Positions 47,544 to 57,725 are shown, counted from the first letter of the stretch. The stretch is DNA of 64,000 nt from Candidatus Woesearchaeota archaeon (GCA_017610005.1 JAFCCU010000005.1:4205-68204); one strand, 5' to 3'. The notes: generated by a model from the letters alone, not told the origin. A program made the numbers and translations.

Positions 47544-48899
47544 TCATCCTCGCAAAACTTCGTCAATAATTGCTCTGAAGTCAGATTCTTCTGCTGCAAT
47601 GTCATTTTTAGCTTCATGGACTGCTCCAACTCTTACATACTTACAACCAAATACCATTGTTGGTACGGTTCGTTGTGGATTTGAGTCCAAGAAAATTTGC
47701 ATTGCTTCTTCTGGAACACTTTCCTCAATTTCTGGGGTTAGTGCATCATCGCCAGTATCAAGTATCCACAAGTGGGCATTTATTTTTCCCTGTTCAATAT
47801 AGTCTGTTGTTACCCTTTCAAACCCTGGTTTAACCCAGTGGCAATGTGGACAAGAAGAGGTTGAAAACATATGAATTACTGGTAAGCCATCTTCATAGCA
47901 AATCTCCTTATTAGTATCTGTATAATTTGGAGTGATTACAGGGGCTTCACTAATTTTAATGTCCGCTTCCTTATTTAATTCTTCAATTCTTTCCAAAAGT
48001 AATTTATTCTGTTCTTCAATTTCTAGCATAGCTGTAATTTGGGGTTTTGCTTCATCCCAAGGTACAATTCTAGCAGGATTCTTATCAGTTACTTTAATTA
48101 TATGCCATCCAAATTGAGTTTGGACAACTTCTGAAATATCACCTACATCAAGAGCAAATGCTGCTTGAGAAAAGCTTGGAACCATATCTTCAGCTGTAAA
48201 CCATCCAAGTTCTCCGCCATTCAATGCGCTTGAATCAATTGAGTTTTCTTTTGCTAAAGTTGCAAAGTCCTCTCCTGATTTCAGCTTTGTTAAAAGTTCT
48301 TGTGCAAGCTCTTTATCTTCAACTAGAATGTGAGATGCAAAGATTGTTGCAGGTTCTGAGAACAGTTCAGGGTTTGAGTCATATTGTTCCTTAATAATCT
48401 CTTCATCAATATTAATTAATGGATTGATTGTATCATTCATATACTGGGCAATCATTAGTCTTTCAAGCATATCTGCCTTGAAATCTTCATATTCAATCCC
48501 TTGAGTCTCAAGAATTGAATTAAATTGCTCTTTATCAGTACCAGTAATTGAGAAGTAAGTTTCCATAGTGGTTGCAAAGTATTCTTCAGTTACTTCAATC
48601 CCCTCAGCTTTTGCAGCTTGTACTAGTAGCTTTTTGTTGATTAATTGTTTTAGAAGTTCTTCATCGCTAATCTGTGGAGCAGATGATGGATCTTGAATAA
48701 TTAATGTTTTAATTTCTTCTAATTCTGATAAATAAATTGGTTCTCCATTTACCATCGCAGCGATATCGCTATCAATTGTTTCACTGGAGTAAGTTTTTAC
48801 TAAGATAAAAACAACTGCTAAAATAGCTAAAATAGCTACAATTAAAAGGCCTTGGTTTAAAGTCTTATCTTCTTTCTTATTTACTTTTTTTTTAACCAT
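47544..48899 (-). CDS. SurA/PrsA-like parvulin PPIase fused to a C-terminal thioredoxin-like domain
   Basis: AMVNGEPI, ASHILV, FATLAKENSID, GGELGWF, FGWHIIKV; C-terminal CPHC and TVPTMVFG. Confidence 0.88.
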   Translation of the reverse strand: MVKKKVNKKEDKTLNQGLLIVAILAILAVVFILVKTYSSETIDSDIAAMVNGEPIYLSELEEIKTLIIQDPSSAPQISDEELLKQLINKKLLVQAAKAEGIEVTEEYFATTMETYFSITGTDKEQFNSILETQGIEYEDFKADMLERLMIAQYMNDTINPLINIDEEIIKEQYDSNPELFSEPATIFASHILVEDKELAQELLTKLKSGEDFATLAKENSIDSSALNGGELGWFTAEDMVPSFSQAAFALDVGDISEVVQTQFGWHIIKVTDKNPARIVPWDEAKPQITAMLEIEEQNKLLLERIEELNKEADIKISEAPVITPNYTDTNKEICYEDGLPVIHMFSTSSCPHCHWVKPGFERVTTDYIEQGKINAHLWILDTGDDALTPEIEESVPEEAMQIFLDSNPQRTVPTMVFGCKYVRVGAVHEAKNDIAAEESDFRAIIDEVLRG

Positions 48900-48992
48900 A
48901 AAAATCCCCCCATAGGAATACTCCTGGAAGAATAACTGGCCATATTTATATCTTTTGGTAACTTTGGCGTGATACTATTATGTTAATCGAAC

Positions 48993-50075
48993 TTAATCCT
49001 TCAAGAAGTTCCAATATCTCAGGTAAACGCTTCTATGCAATATATTGCCACTTTGCCAAGGAGTGTATTTGTAAAGTGAGTAGGTTGCCATGTTGCTAGG
49101 AATAACTGGAGGGATATCATAAATTTCCATTGTTGGCAATGGTGACCCAAGGGTGCTTGCATAACTGTACCAATGTTTTAATCTTTCTGCAGCACATTCA
49201 ATTTGTCCATCTGGATTTCTTCTAGAATCATCCCATAATTGACATCCAGTGAGATTATTTAATGCATCTTGCTTAGTTGGTCTTTGTTGTATTGCAGATT
49301 GTTCTGTTTGGATTCTTGCTAAAATTAAAAGTGGATTGATTTGCTGTTTTTGGGCTTCAGAAAAAATTTTTTTACTAATTAAAACACCGCTTGGAAGTCT
49401 ATAATTTCTCACCCACCACTTATTAGTTTCAAAGAGGGTTTGAATTTCTTGTTCTGTTACTGAATTTACATCTAAAAATTCTTGATTGCTCATAAGTGTA
49501 TTAGCATTAAATCCAGTATCTAAAGTTCCAGAGTAAATTCTTTTAAGACCATTAAAGATTTCAAGGGAATAAACTCCTCCATCTAACTGGGGAGTTAACG
49601 CATATGAAAATTTTTCCATTGCCCTAAATGGGATTTCAAATGTATTTATTCCATTTCTTAAAAATACAACCATCTGTCCTCCTGTTGCCCAAATTGTTAT
49701 TTGGTAGCTGTTTCCTCTTGCCAGTCTTGTTTCAACTTTAGGGTGTAGGTCAGAATGCTCAGTGCATGAATCTATTTGATAACAGCTTCTAGCTTCGGGA
49801 GAATGGAACCATCCGCATCCTCCTTCAACACTTTTAATACAACTTGCTACAGGGATGATTGTGCTCCTTAGACAACAGCCTGCATAGCGTTCGTTAAAAC
49901 AGGTTGCATATCCTATGGAATCATCGCACCCTTCACAGTTTTTATGCTCTACCCAAAAACCCTTAAAGCATAAATCTAATTTACCATTGTTACATTTTGT
50001 TTCCCCGGTTGTACAGGTTGCATTAACAAGAGGAATTAAGAAAATAGCCAAAAGAATTATTGAGAGTAGTTTCAT
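48993..50075 (-). CDS. Secreted protein: Cys-rich N-terminus plus a possible lysozyme-like cell-wall hydrolase domain
   Basis: Signal peptide; INPLLILARIQTEQS, GQIECAA, NMATYSLYKYTPW...GN motifs. Confidence 0.55.
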   Translation of the reverse strand: MKLLSIILLAIFLIPLVNATCTTGETKCNNGKLDLCFKGFWVEHKNCEGCDDSIGYATCFNERYAGCCLRSTIIPVASCIKSVEGGCGWFHSPEARSCYQIDSCTEHSDLHPKVETRLARGNSYQITIWATGGQMVVFLRNGINTFEIPFRAMEKFSYALTPQLDGGVYSLEIFNGLKRIYSGTLDTGFNANTLMSNQEFLDVNSVTEQEIQTLFETNKWWVRNYRLPSGVLISKKIFSEAQKQQINPLLILARIQTEQSAIQQRPTKQDALNNLTGCQLWDDSRRNPDGQIECAAERLKHWYSYASTLGSPLPTMEIYDIPPVIPSNMATYSLYKYTPWQSGNILHRSVYLRYWNFLKD

Positions 50076-51739
50076 CCTATAACCTCTGCTATTTTGTTTA
50101 CTTCAGCTATAAAGCTTGCAGGGCACATTGCAAGAGAGTCAACTATTGAAGAACAGTCAGTATTTTTAATATTTAATTCATCCATATACTTTTCAAGGTT
50201 TTGATTCATTGCAAAGAATTGCGCTTGAGTTTCTGGATCAGGAGAATTACAAAGTTCTCTGCATTGATTAAGGGCAGTTTGTCTTGTATTACGGGCATTT
50301 TCACTTGCTTCTTTATTTACAGTTTCCGTAGCTTCAAAAGGGCAGTTCCAAACGCACAGCCCATCTCTGCAAGAGTAAAAACCTCCTTCACATTCACTTT
50401 CTGGCTCTTTATCAAAACAGTCTCCTGTGTTAAAACACTCTACATCATTTTTTATTAGATTTTGGTCACTGGTTGATGCCCCAGAATTATCTGTGCATTG
50501 ATATTCAATTCTATAATCTTTTGGAACCAAGTAATGGTGATTTACTTTATTAAATCTTATTGGGTCAAATGCTTCAGTATTTCCATCTCCCCAGTTCATA
50601 GTACATTCTCTTATTTCATTGTTTGATCCAACCCCGGCCAATACATCAACAAACCCACTCCCTAAATTATTCGTTTCAATATCTGTACCTATGTTTGGGC
50701 CATAAAAGATTGAAAATCCTAAGTCAATTGATGCAGTGCTTCTGCAAAGGAAAAATAAACATGTTTTACCTCTTGCTTCAGCAAAAATATGGTCTCCTGC
50801 ATTAACTGCTAATTCAATTACTTTTGATCCACTTTTTATCTTCTCAAACTCTTTGCCATTAATACTAATGCTTGAAAATTGTTTATTTGTAAAATATTTC
50901 TTATCTGCTTTTAATCCGGCCCATAATGTTCCTCTTTCCGGAATAAAAAAAGATAGTCCTTTACTCCCAAGTTCAGAATATCTATTTAGGTAAACAAGTT
51001 CGTAGGTGGAATCAGAATTATATTCTGATTTAATATCTATCATTCCAATTTGGCAGCATTTTCTAAATATTCCACAATCAGACTCTTCAATAAGTTCTTC
51101 TCTTGAGTTACAAGGATTTGCACCTAATGGGGAAAATAAAGAATATCTACAAACCCCTCCATATGTAGAACATTCAGATCCATCTGGAACATTCATTATA
51201 GGATTTTCAAAGTTTAAATGTTCTTCTTCAATTATCTCTTCGACATTAACAGTTGTAGTTGTTTGTTCGAAAGGTTCGTAACAATGAAATTCTCCATTGG
51301 AGTCTTCCCAGCAAACTGGTCCATCTCCTGGTTGCCACCAATCTGGGGCAGATTCACTTTGTGGAGAAATAGATGTAAATGCCCCTCTGCAAAAAGAATC
51401 ACAGTTATCTCTTGACGCAGTCCATCTTTTAGTTTCTCCTTGGCAAGCAGTTTGTGAAAGGAGATTACTAGTAATCCCTCCTGCATTTCTCTCACAGCAA
51501 CATCCAGTTTCGCAAGCGGTTGCGTAAATGCCAGTAAGGGTAGCGCAAGCTTCAGAATTACCTTCTACAAACATTTGGTTTTCACATTCTTCTGTTTCAC
51601 AACAAATGGCAATATCTGTTACATATTCACAGGCATAATCTCCTGGATTTAAACAGCATCCTCCGCCTAAAACCATATTTAATGACAAAAAAAAAATTAA
51701 GGTAAAAAGGAGTTGTTTTATCATCATTTTAAATAACAT
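50072..51739 (-). CDS. Secreted Cys-rich protein with a PKD-like domain
   Basis: Signal peptide, CC-rich repeats, MNWGDG...HHY...Y.IEYQCTDNSG PKD pattern. Confidence 0.65.
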   Translation of the reverse strand: MLFKMMIKQLLFTLIFFLSLNMVLGGGCCLNPGDYACEYVTDIAICCETEECENQMFVEGNSEACATLTGIYATACETGCCCERNAGGITSNLLSQTACQGETKRWTASRDNCDSFCRGAFTSISPQSESAPDWWQPGDGPVCWEDSNGEFHCYEPFEQTTTTVNVEEIIEEEHLNFENPIMNVPDGSECSTYGGVCRYSLFSPLGANPCNSREELIEESDCGIFRKCCQIGMIDIKSEYNSDSTYELVYLNRYSELGSKGLSFFIPERGTLWAGLKADKKYFTNKQFSSISINGKEFEKIKSGSKVIELAVNAGDHIFAEARGKTCLFFLCRSTASIDLGFSIFYGPNIGTDIETNNLGSGFVDVLAGVGSNNEIRECTMNWGDGNTEAFDPIRFNKVNHHYLVPKDYRIEYQCTDNSGASTSDQNLIKNDVECFNTGDCFDKEPESECEGGFYSCRDGLCVWNCPFEATETVNKEASENARNTRQTALNQCRELCNSPDPETQAQFFAMNQNLEKYMDELNIKNTDCSSIVDSLAMCPASFIAEVNKIAEVIG

Positions 51740-51813
51740 AAAATATGATATATATACTTTTCTAGAGAAAACTATTTTAAGGGGGAATCAAAGAAGGTTA
51801 ATAGGTGATTTTT

Positions 51814-52089
51814 ATGAAGATAATTATTGATACAAAGGAAGATTCCAAAGAACATATAAGAAAAGCAGTTTTATTTTTGCAGACTATTGTAGACAGCAAC
51901 AATGTTGAGCCTATAACACCTGATTTTAACCCAGAACCTGCTGAAGGAGCCTTTGGGATGTTTGATACGCCACAGCAGTCTGGAGATAGCAGTCAGGAGT
52001 CTGGAGATAGTAGTATGGAGTCTGGAGATAGTAGTCTGGAGTCTGGAGAGAAAGAACCGTTTAATATGAATGATTTAATAGAATACTGA
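51814..52089 (+). CDS. Small acidic protein with SGDSSxE repeats
   Basis: MKIIIDTKEDS...; 21-bp repeats at 51975-52051; coupled to archease. Confidence 0.7.
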   Translation: MKIIIDTKEDSKEHIRKAVLFLQTIVDSNNVEPITPDFNPEPAEGAFGMFDTPQQSGDSSQESGDSSMESGDSSLESGEKEPFNMNDLIEY

Positions 52090-52493
52090 TGAAAGAATAT
52101 GAATTTGTGGATGATTTAACATCTGATGTGCTATTTGTTGCTTATGGAAAAGATGTTAATGAATTGTTTGTTAATTCAGCAAAAGCTATGTTTGATATAA
52201 TATGTGAGATTGTTCCAGCAACTGAGGAAGTTAGCTTTGAAATTGAAGCGAAAGATTTGGAGAATTTACTCTATTTGTATCTCTCAAGACTTTTAGCGGA
52301 GTATGAAATCAATGAACTTTTCTTTTCTGAGTTTCAGGTTGAAATTAGTGGAAATAAATTAAATGCTAAAGCTTTAGGAAGTGAAGCTGATCCTAAACAA
52401 GGAAAAACTCAAGTAAAGGCAGTTACAATGTATAAATTTGGAATAAAAAAAACAGATGAGGGGTATGAAGCAACTGTAAGCTGCGATATTTAA
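52089..52493 (+). CDS. Archease
   Basis: YEFVDDLTSDV, A..MFD, VKAVTMY, TVSCDI; directly upstream of rtcB. Confidence 0.93.
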   Translation: MKEYEFVDDLTSDVLFVAYGKDVNELFVNSAKAMFDIICEIVPATEEVSFEIEAKDLENLLYLYLSRLLAEYEINELFFSEFQVEISGNKLNAKALGSEADPKQGKTQVKAVTMYKFGIKKTDEGYEATVSCDI

Positions 52494-52494
52494 A

Positions 52495-53901
52495 ATGAAA
52501 TCAAAATTACAAAAGATTAATGAGAATATGTGGCGATTACCTAAATCAGTTAGACCTGGTATGCGAGTAGATGCAATGATTCTTGCAAATGCGCAAGCCT
52601 TGGATATGATTGAAAATGAGGCAATAGAGCAATTAACTAATGTTGCAATGTTGCCAGGGGTTGTGGAGCCTGTTATGGCTATGCCTGATGCTCATTGGGG
52701 ATATGGGCTGCCAATGGGGGCAGTTGGGGCATTTGATCCTGAAAATGAGGGGGTAATAAGCTCTGGAATGACTGGATTTGATATTAATTGTGGAATTAAT
52801 CTTGTTAGAACTAATTTAACTCCAAAAGAAGTCCAAGCAAAATTAAGAGAGCTTGTTGATGAATCATTTAAAACAATTCCTTGTGGCGTGGGCGCTAAAG
52901 GAAAACTTCATTTAGAAAAGGATGATCTTAATAATTGTTTAAAAGATGGCATGAAATGGGCTTTATCGAAGGGTTTTGGAGTACAGGAGGATCTTGATAA
53001 CACTGAAGAAGGGGGATCGATGGCTGGTGGCGATCCTAGTAAGGTTTCTGAACTTGCATTAAAAAGAGCAAAAAAACAACTTGGAACTTTAGGTTCTGGC
53101 AACCATTTTTTAGAATTTCAAGAAGTAGCTGAAGTTTATGATCAAGAAATGGCAAAAAAATGGGGTATAGAAAAAGGTAAAGTTTGTTTTATGGTTCATT
53201 GTGGTTCTCGTGGGCTTGGCCATCAAATTGCAACTGATTATCTCAAAATTCATGAAGAAGCTGCAAAAAGGTATAATATCATTTTGCCAGATAGACAACT
53301 TGCGTGCGCCCCTATTAACTCTCAGGAGGGCCAAGATTATTATAAAGCGATGGTTTGTGCAGTTAATTATTCTTTTACAAATAGATTAGTTATTACACAT
53401 TGGATGAGAGAAGTTTTTGAAAGAATTTTTAATAAAAGGTGGCAAGAATTAGGACTGCAAACAGTTTATGGGCTTGCACATAACATTTGTAAGAAAGAAA
53501 TGCATATAATTAACGGACAAGAAAAAGAAGTTTATGTGCATAGAAAGGGGGCAACGAGGTCTTTTCCAGATATTCCTGTTTTAATCGCTGGGTCAATGGG
53601 AACAAGTTCATGGCTTCTTAAGGGAACAAAAGAAGCAATGACAACAACATTTGGAAGCACGGCGCATGGTGCAGGCAGAGTATTATCAAGAAAAGCTGCC
53701 ACTCAGAAATATGCGGGTGGAGCAGTTGAAAGGGAAATGATTGCTAAAGGAAGAATTGTAAAAGCAGCTAATATGAGGGTGCTCGCTGAAGAAGCCCCTG
53801 GCGCATACAAAGATGTTGACGCCATAATTGAAACAGTTGACTCAGCAAATGTTTCTAAGAAGGTTGCAAAGTTAATTCCAATGGGAGTTATTAAAGGGTA
53901 G
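52495..53901 (+). CDS. rtcB: RNA ligase RtcB
   Basis: MPDAHWGYGLPMG, GFDINCG, LGSGNHFLE, HCGSRGLG, HRKGAT, HGAGR, EEAPGAYKD. Confidence 0.97.
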   Translation: MKSKLQKINENMWRLPKSVRPGMRVDAMILANAQALDMIENEAIEQLTNVAMLPGVVEPVMAMPDAHWGYGLPMGAVGAFDPENEGVISSGMTGFDINCGINLVRTNLTPKEVQAKLRELVDESFKTIPCGVGAKGKLHLEKDDLNNCLKDGMKWALSKGFGVQEDLDNTEEGGSMAGGDPSKVSELALKRAKKQLGTLGSGNHFLEFQEVAEVYDQEMAKKWGIEKGKVCFMVHCGSRGLGHQIATDYLKIHEEAAKRYNIILPDRQLACAPINSQEGQDYYKAMVCAVNYSFTNRLVITHWMREVFERIFNKRWQELGLQTVYGLAHNICKKEMHIINGQEKEVYVHRKGATRSFPDIPVLIAGSMGTSSWLLKGTKEAMTTTFGSTAHGAGRVLSRKAATQKYAGGAVEREMIAKGRIVKAANMRVLAEEAPGAYKDVDAIIETVDSANVSKKVAKLIPMGVIKG

Positions 53902-55177
53902 AGGCAGCTTTTAAAACATGAGGCCAGGCAATAAAAACCTTTTCTGCTTTTAGTAGTTCATTATCAACATAACTTGTGATTTCTTTTATTCTTTCATTAG
54001 ATTCATTAAACCCTGAACTATTAAGTACAATTTCTACTAACAGTTCAAGTCCAGATTTAAAATGTTCTTGTCCAGTTCTTTTTTTTAAAATAGGTTTTGC
54101 AAATTCAAAATTTTCAGCGCCTTCTCTAAAAAGCGCTACAGTTGCAGCCACAAGTGATTCGTAAGGGGATGAGGTTACACAACATGTTAAAAAAGTTCCA
54201 ATAACATCTGATACTGCATCTATTGTAGCAATAGTTTCATCAGTTAAATCCCTTCTTGCAGGGTCATGAGTAATTGATGCCCCAATAAATGCTGAAACCC
54301 CTTGCCTTTGTGCAAAACTGCTATGAACAATATCTTCATATCTAAAATTAGGACTATCTTTCTGTGCCCCAGCGATTTCATTAGGTACAAAAGGGGCCTT
54401 CACTAAACTTAAGTCTATTGCATAACAACCATACCCTCTGGATTGATAAGTGATTGCTGGTTCTAAAAATACAAATTGCCTACTAAGTAATCCTGTTTTA
54501 ACTAACGAGGATAATCTTAAATCAGGAATTCCTTCAACAAGTGGATAACTTGAAACAATTTTTTGGTTGTCTTTTATTTCATAAGGTGAACTTAATTCTT
54601 CAAGCAAGGTTATTTCTTGCCACAATTCCCTTGGTGCAATTGGGATATCAATGGTAAATCCCCTTGGCCATCCAACTTCTCCAACTGTTTTTCCTAAGGG
54701 TTCTAGTAAAAGCTCACTAAGATTAATAGATAAGGGATATCTTTTTTTATTTGTTGAATATTTTACAAAACCTTGTTCATCTCCTTTACTTCTTGGTATC
54801 CTTCCAGGGTCATAGCTTTCTAAAACCATATCATCATCTAGAAATATTACTTGTCTTTCTCTTAGATATAATTGCATAAAATTTCTTATTCCCCCAATTC
54901 CGGCTCCGAGAAGAGAAGGTATAAAAGATTCCACGATTCTTCCTCTTCTTGCAATTTTGTGGGCAAAATTAACTTGCTTAAGTGGTCCAACATAATGAAT
55001 TGGAAGTTTTTTTCCAAAGCTTTTTACTAATCTTCTTGTTGCTCCACAAGCTGTGTGATTAAAAATATAGATATCTGGCAATGGTCCAAAACTTTCTTCT
55101 TGATCTAAAAGCCCATTAAGCAACTTAGATAAATATTTGGGTCTTCCCAATGTGGGAATTGCAATTGCAGGGTTCAT
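53891..55177 (-). CDS. Orphan GT-A fold glycosyltransferase-like protein
   Basis: IAIPTLGRP, GIGGIRN, VIFLDDD, RYED motifs. Confidence 0.6.
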   Translation of the reverse strand: MNPAIAIPTLGRPKYLSKLLNGLLDQEESFGPLPDIYIFNHTACGATRRLVKSFGKKLPIHYVGPLKQVNFAHKIARRGRIVESFIPSLLGAGIGGIRNFMQLYLRERQVIFLDDDMVLESYDPGRIPRSKGDEQGFVKYSTNKKRYPLSINLSELLLEPLGKTVGEVGWPRGFTIDIPIAPRELWQEITLLEELSSPYEIKDNQKIVSSYPLVEGIPDLRLSSLVKTGLLSRQFVFLEPAITYQSRGYGCYAIDLSLVKAPFVPNEIAGAQKDSPNFRYEDIVHSSFAQRQGVSAFIGASITHDPARRDLTDETIATIDAVSDVIGTFLTCCVTSSPYESLVAATVALFREGAENFEFAKPILKKRTGQEHFKSGLELLVEIVLNSSGFNESNERIKEITSYVDNELLKAEKVFIAWPHVLKAASTL

Positions 55178-55250
55178 GGATCTTGGAAGCGTCCATGATT
55201 TAAAACCTTAAGGGAGAATAATTATTTTTATGCTGTGTTCATTAGAATTT

Positions 55251-55853
55251 TTAAATTTCAATAATCTTCCCTTTTCGCCCAACATTAATTAATCTTGTTT
55301 TACCTATTTTCTCTTCTATTCCTTCTGCTTCATGGACATGTGAACAAAGCGCAATGTCTGGCTTAAATTTTTTAATTGCTTTTGTAACACCAGTTGAGCC
55401 TGGAAATATATCAGTGAATTTGGCCATCTTTGTAGAATCAGGGTGAACATGGGTCACCATTATTTTTTTCTTTAAATATTCAATTTTTTTAAAGCCTTTT
55501 TCTAGCTTGTCATAAATTTCTTTTTCACCTAATTGAAAAAGACCAATGTTGGCTCCACCACAACCAAAGAATCCAACGTCCCCATATTTAACAGATGTGC
55601 CATGAATGTTTTTAACGCCGTAAAATTCTGCGAAAAAATTAGCAGTAGCATTGGTTTCATGATTCCCTGGGATAAGAATTACTTTTTTCTTTTTTGCAAC
55701 AAATGGCCCAATAATATTATCAAGAGATTGTTCAGCGTAGGTTAGGTCGCCACAAAGAATAACTAAATCAACATTTTCTTTCTCAGCTTGCTCTGCTAGT
55801 TTTTTAGCTAGCTTTGTATCCCCGTGAATGTCTCCAGAAGCAAGAATTTTCAT
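55251..55853 (-). CDS. Calcineurin-like metallophosphoesterase
   Basis: GDIHG, LCGDL, PGNHE, THVHP, SHVHE. Confidence 0.92.
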   Translation of the reverse strand: MKILASGDIHGDTKLAKKLAEQAEKENVDLVILCGDLTYAEQSLDNIIGPFVAKKKKVILIPGNHETNATANFFAEFYGVKNIHGTSVKYGDVGFFGCGGANIGLFQLGEKEIYDKLEKGFKKIEYLKKKIMVTHVHPDSTKMAKFTDIFPGSTGVTKAIKKFKPDIALCSHVHEAEGIEEKIGKTRLINVGRKGKIIEI

Positions 55854-56422
55854 CTTCGTGTAATTATCTCGGCTTTGTCTCCTGTTAAATCAATAACTTC
55901 AGAAGGTTTGCCTTTTTCATAAGCTTCGTAAATCATGAAGTTTGTATTGTTGGAAATATCATCATGTACTTCATCAATGTCATGAGAATACTCTTCTCCT
56001 GAAACATTTGCAATAGTTGAGATAATTGGTTCGCCAATATGCTCAACAAATTCACTTATCCAGTGTTTTGGGATTCTAACTCCGATTGTATCATTTTTAG
56101 GATTTACGTGCTTTGAAACTGCATTTTTATTTTTTAGATTTAAAACAAGCGTATAAGGCCCTGGAAGTTTAGCTAGCCATTCTTCAGCATGAATTGGCAC
56201 TTCACAATTTTCTCTTATCCAAGCTTTTGAAGGGACAATAATAGATAGTGGTGCATGGGGATTCTTCTTAATCCTTCGTAGTTTTTTAACTGCTTCATCA
56301 TGAGTTGCAGCAGCACCTAGGCCGTTTATTGTATCAGTGGGGTGTAAAAAAACAGCACCTTTGGCAATCTCTCTAGCATACCTTTCCTTCTCTTCAAAAA
56401 GCTCGGTTTTAGTGATAATCAT
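55850..56422 (-). CDS. Threonylcarbamoyl-AMP synthase (Sua5/YrdC/TsaC)
   Basis: HPTDTINGLG, KLPGPYTLVL, TIGVRIP, STIANVSG, KPSEVIDL. Confidence 0.9.
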   Translation of the reverse strand: MIITKTELFEEKERYAREIAKGAVFLHPTDTINGLGAAATHDEAVKKLRRIKKNPHAPLSIIVPSKAWIRENCEVPIHAEEWLAKLPGPYTLVLNLKNKNAVSKHVNPKNDTIGVRIPKHWISEFVEHIGEPIISTIANVSGEEYSHDIDEVHDDISNNTNFMIYEAYEKGKPSEVIDLTGDKAEIITRR

Positions 56423-56517
56423 AAGGTTAAGAGAACTAACGTATGTTTATAAATTTGTTTATTGAAAATCTTCGATTTGTAAATTTTTGTTATTTAAAAT
56501 TTCTTCCGAAATTTTAC

Positions 56518-56737
56518 CGGGGTTTAATACCCTGGACTTCAGTCCGAAATTTTTAATCCCAAAAATCCATCTTTTTTCGAGGGCCACAATACTTAGAAAT
56601 GCCTTTGGCATTTCTTGTACATGAAATCTTTTTGGATTTCAAAGTACCCCAACTTTTAAGTTGGGGATATCACAGAGTGATACCAGTGAGTTGTGCTCAC
56701 TTGTGCTCACTGAGTAGGTCCGAGTGATGGATTTTTG
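56518..56737. other. Multi-hairpin intergenic element with terminal inverted repeats
   Basis: CAAAAATCCATC (56560-56571) / GATGGATTTTTG (56726-56737) enclose five hairpins; two more hairpins lie at 56518-56545. Confidence 0.75.
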
Positions 56738-56747
56738 TTATTGTGAA

Positions 56748-57695
56748 TCAAGACAACAGAGAAAAAATTGCTTCTGGTTTGGCAAATGGGGACTGTTCAA
56801 TGAGTTTTAAATTTACACCCACGGCATTTCTTGCCAATTGAATTGCTTCTTCTTCAGTTCCATCTGAGACAGATAATTCTTTTAAAAGAAGTTCTGTCAA
56901 GTTTCCAAGTGCTTCCTTAGTTGTTGTTTCCTCTGAAAAGATTCGGGCAGGAGCATTATATTCTCCCACTAATGTGTTTGGAGTGAAGATTTCACGATCA
57001 AGCAAAAAGAGTTTGAAAATTTCATTAATGAATGGAGAATTTAAAAATTCTGTATTCCCCATTAGATCCAGCTCCAGTCCGGAGTGCATAGGATCTTGCA
57101 TGTATGCCAACATAAATACTTCATCAGGTTTTATGTTATCTGTAATATGTCCTAAACCACTTTGAAGATTAAGACCCATAGAGAGCCCGTACCAAGTATC
57201 ACTTACAAGAGCATTTCTTATAGTCTTATCTCCAGCTAATTCTAAGATTGTATCAATATCATTTTGTTGGTACCACCAAGCTACCTTCATCAATGCTGCA
57301 AGTCTAACTCTTTTTTCTTGTGAAAGCCTTGCTTCAATAGCTTGGTAATCACTCCTTCTTGCTTTTCCTAAAATGCTTAGATCTCCATGCCTGGGGGAGT
57401 GAGTTAGGCCTTCATGTACATATTTAGGGATTCCAGCTTTTTCAATTAATTTTTTGTAGTTAGTTTCTGTAGAAAAAGTAAGAGTTTGCAACCGCCTTAC
57501 GGTTCTTCGCGCTGGTTCAATTAATCTTGTGTGCGACTCAGGGAAAGTCTCAGGATTAGCAGCCACATAAGCTGCAATTTCAGTTAAAGTGTGTGCAGCA
57601 TCAAAACTAGCTGGAACTTTTCCTAATTTATTTGGGCTGTAGCTATGCATAGAAGGAGCATCAATATTTAGGTATTTATAAAGGTTACTACTCAT
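56748..57695 (-). CDS. Hypothetical orphan protein
   Basis: 315-aa helical ORF; no motif recognised. Confidence 0.55.
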   Translation of the reverse strand: MSSNLYKYLNIDAPSMHSYSPNKLGKVPASFDAAHTLTEIAAYVAANPETFPESHTRLIEPARRTVRRLQTLTFSTETNYKKLIEKAGIPKYVHEGLTHSPRHGDLSILGKARRSDYQAIEARLSQEKRVRLAALMKVAWWYQQNDIDTILELAGDKTIRNALVSDTWYGLSMGLNLQSGLGHITDNIKPDEVFMLAYMQDPMHSGLELDLMGNTEFLNSPFINEIFKLFLLDREIFTPNTLVGEYNAPARIFSEETTTKEALGNLTELLLKELSVSDGTEEEAIQLARNAVGVNLKLIEQSPFAKPEAIFSLLS

Positions 57696-57725
57696 TGAGG
57701 ATTAAAAAGGCTCGAAAAAGATAAT

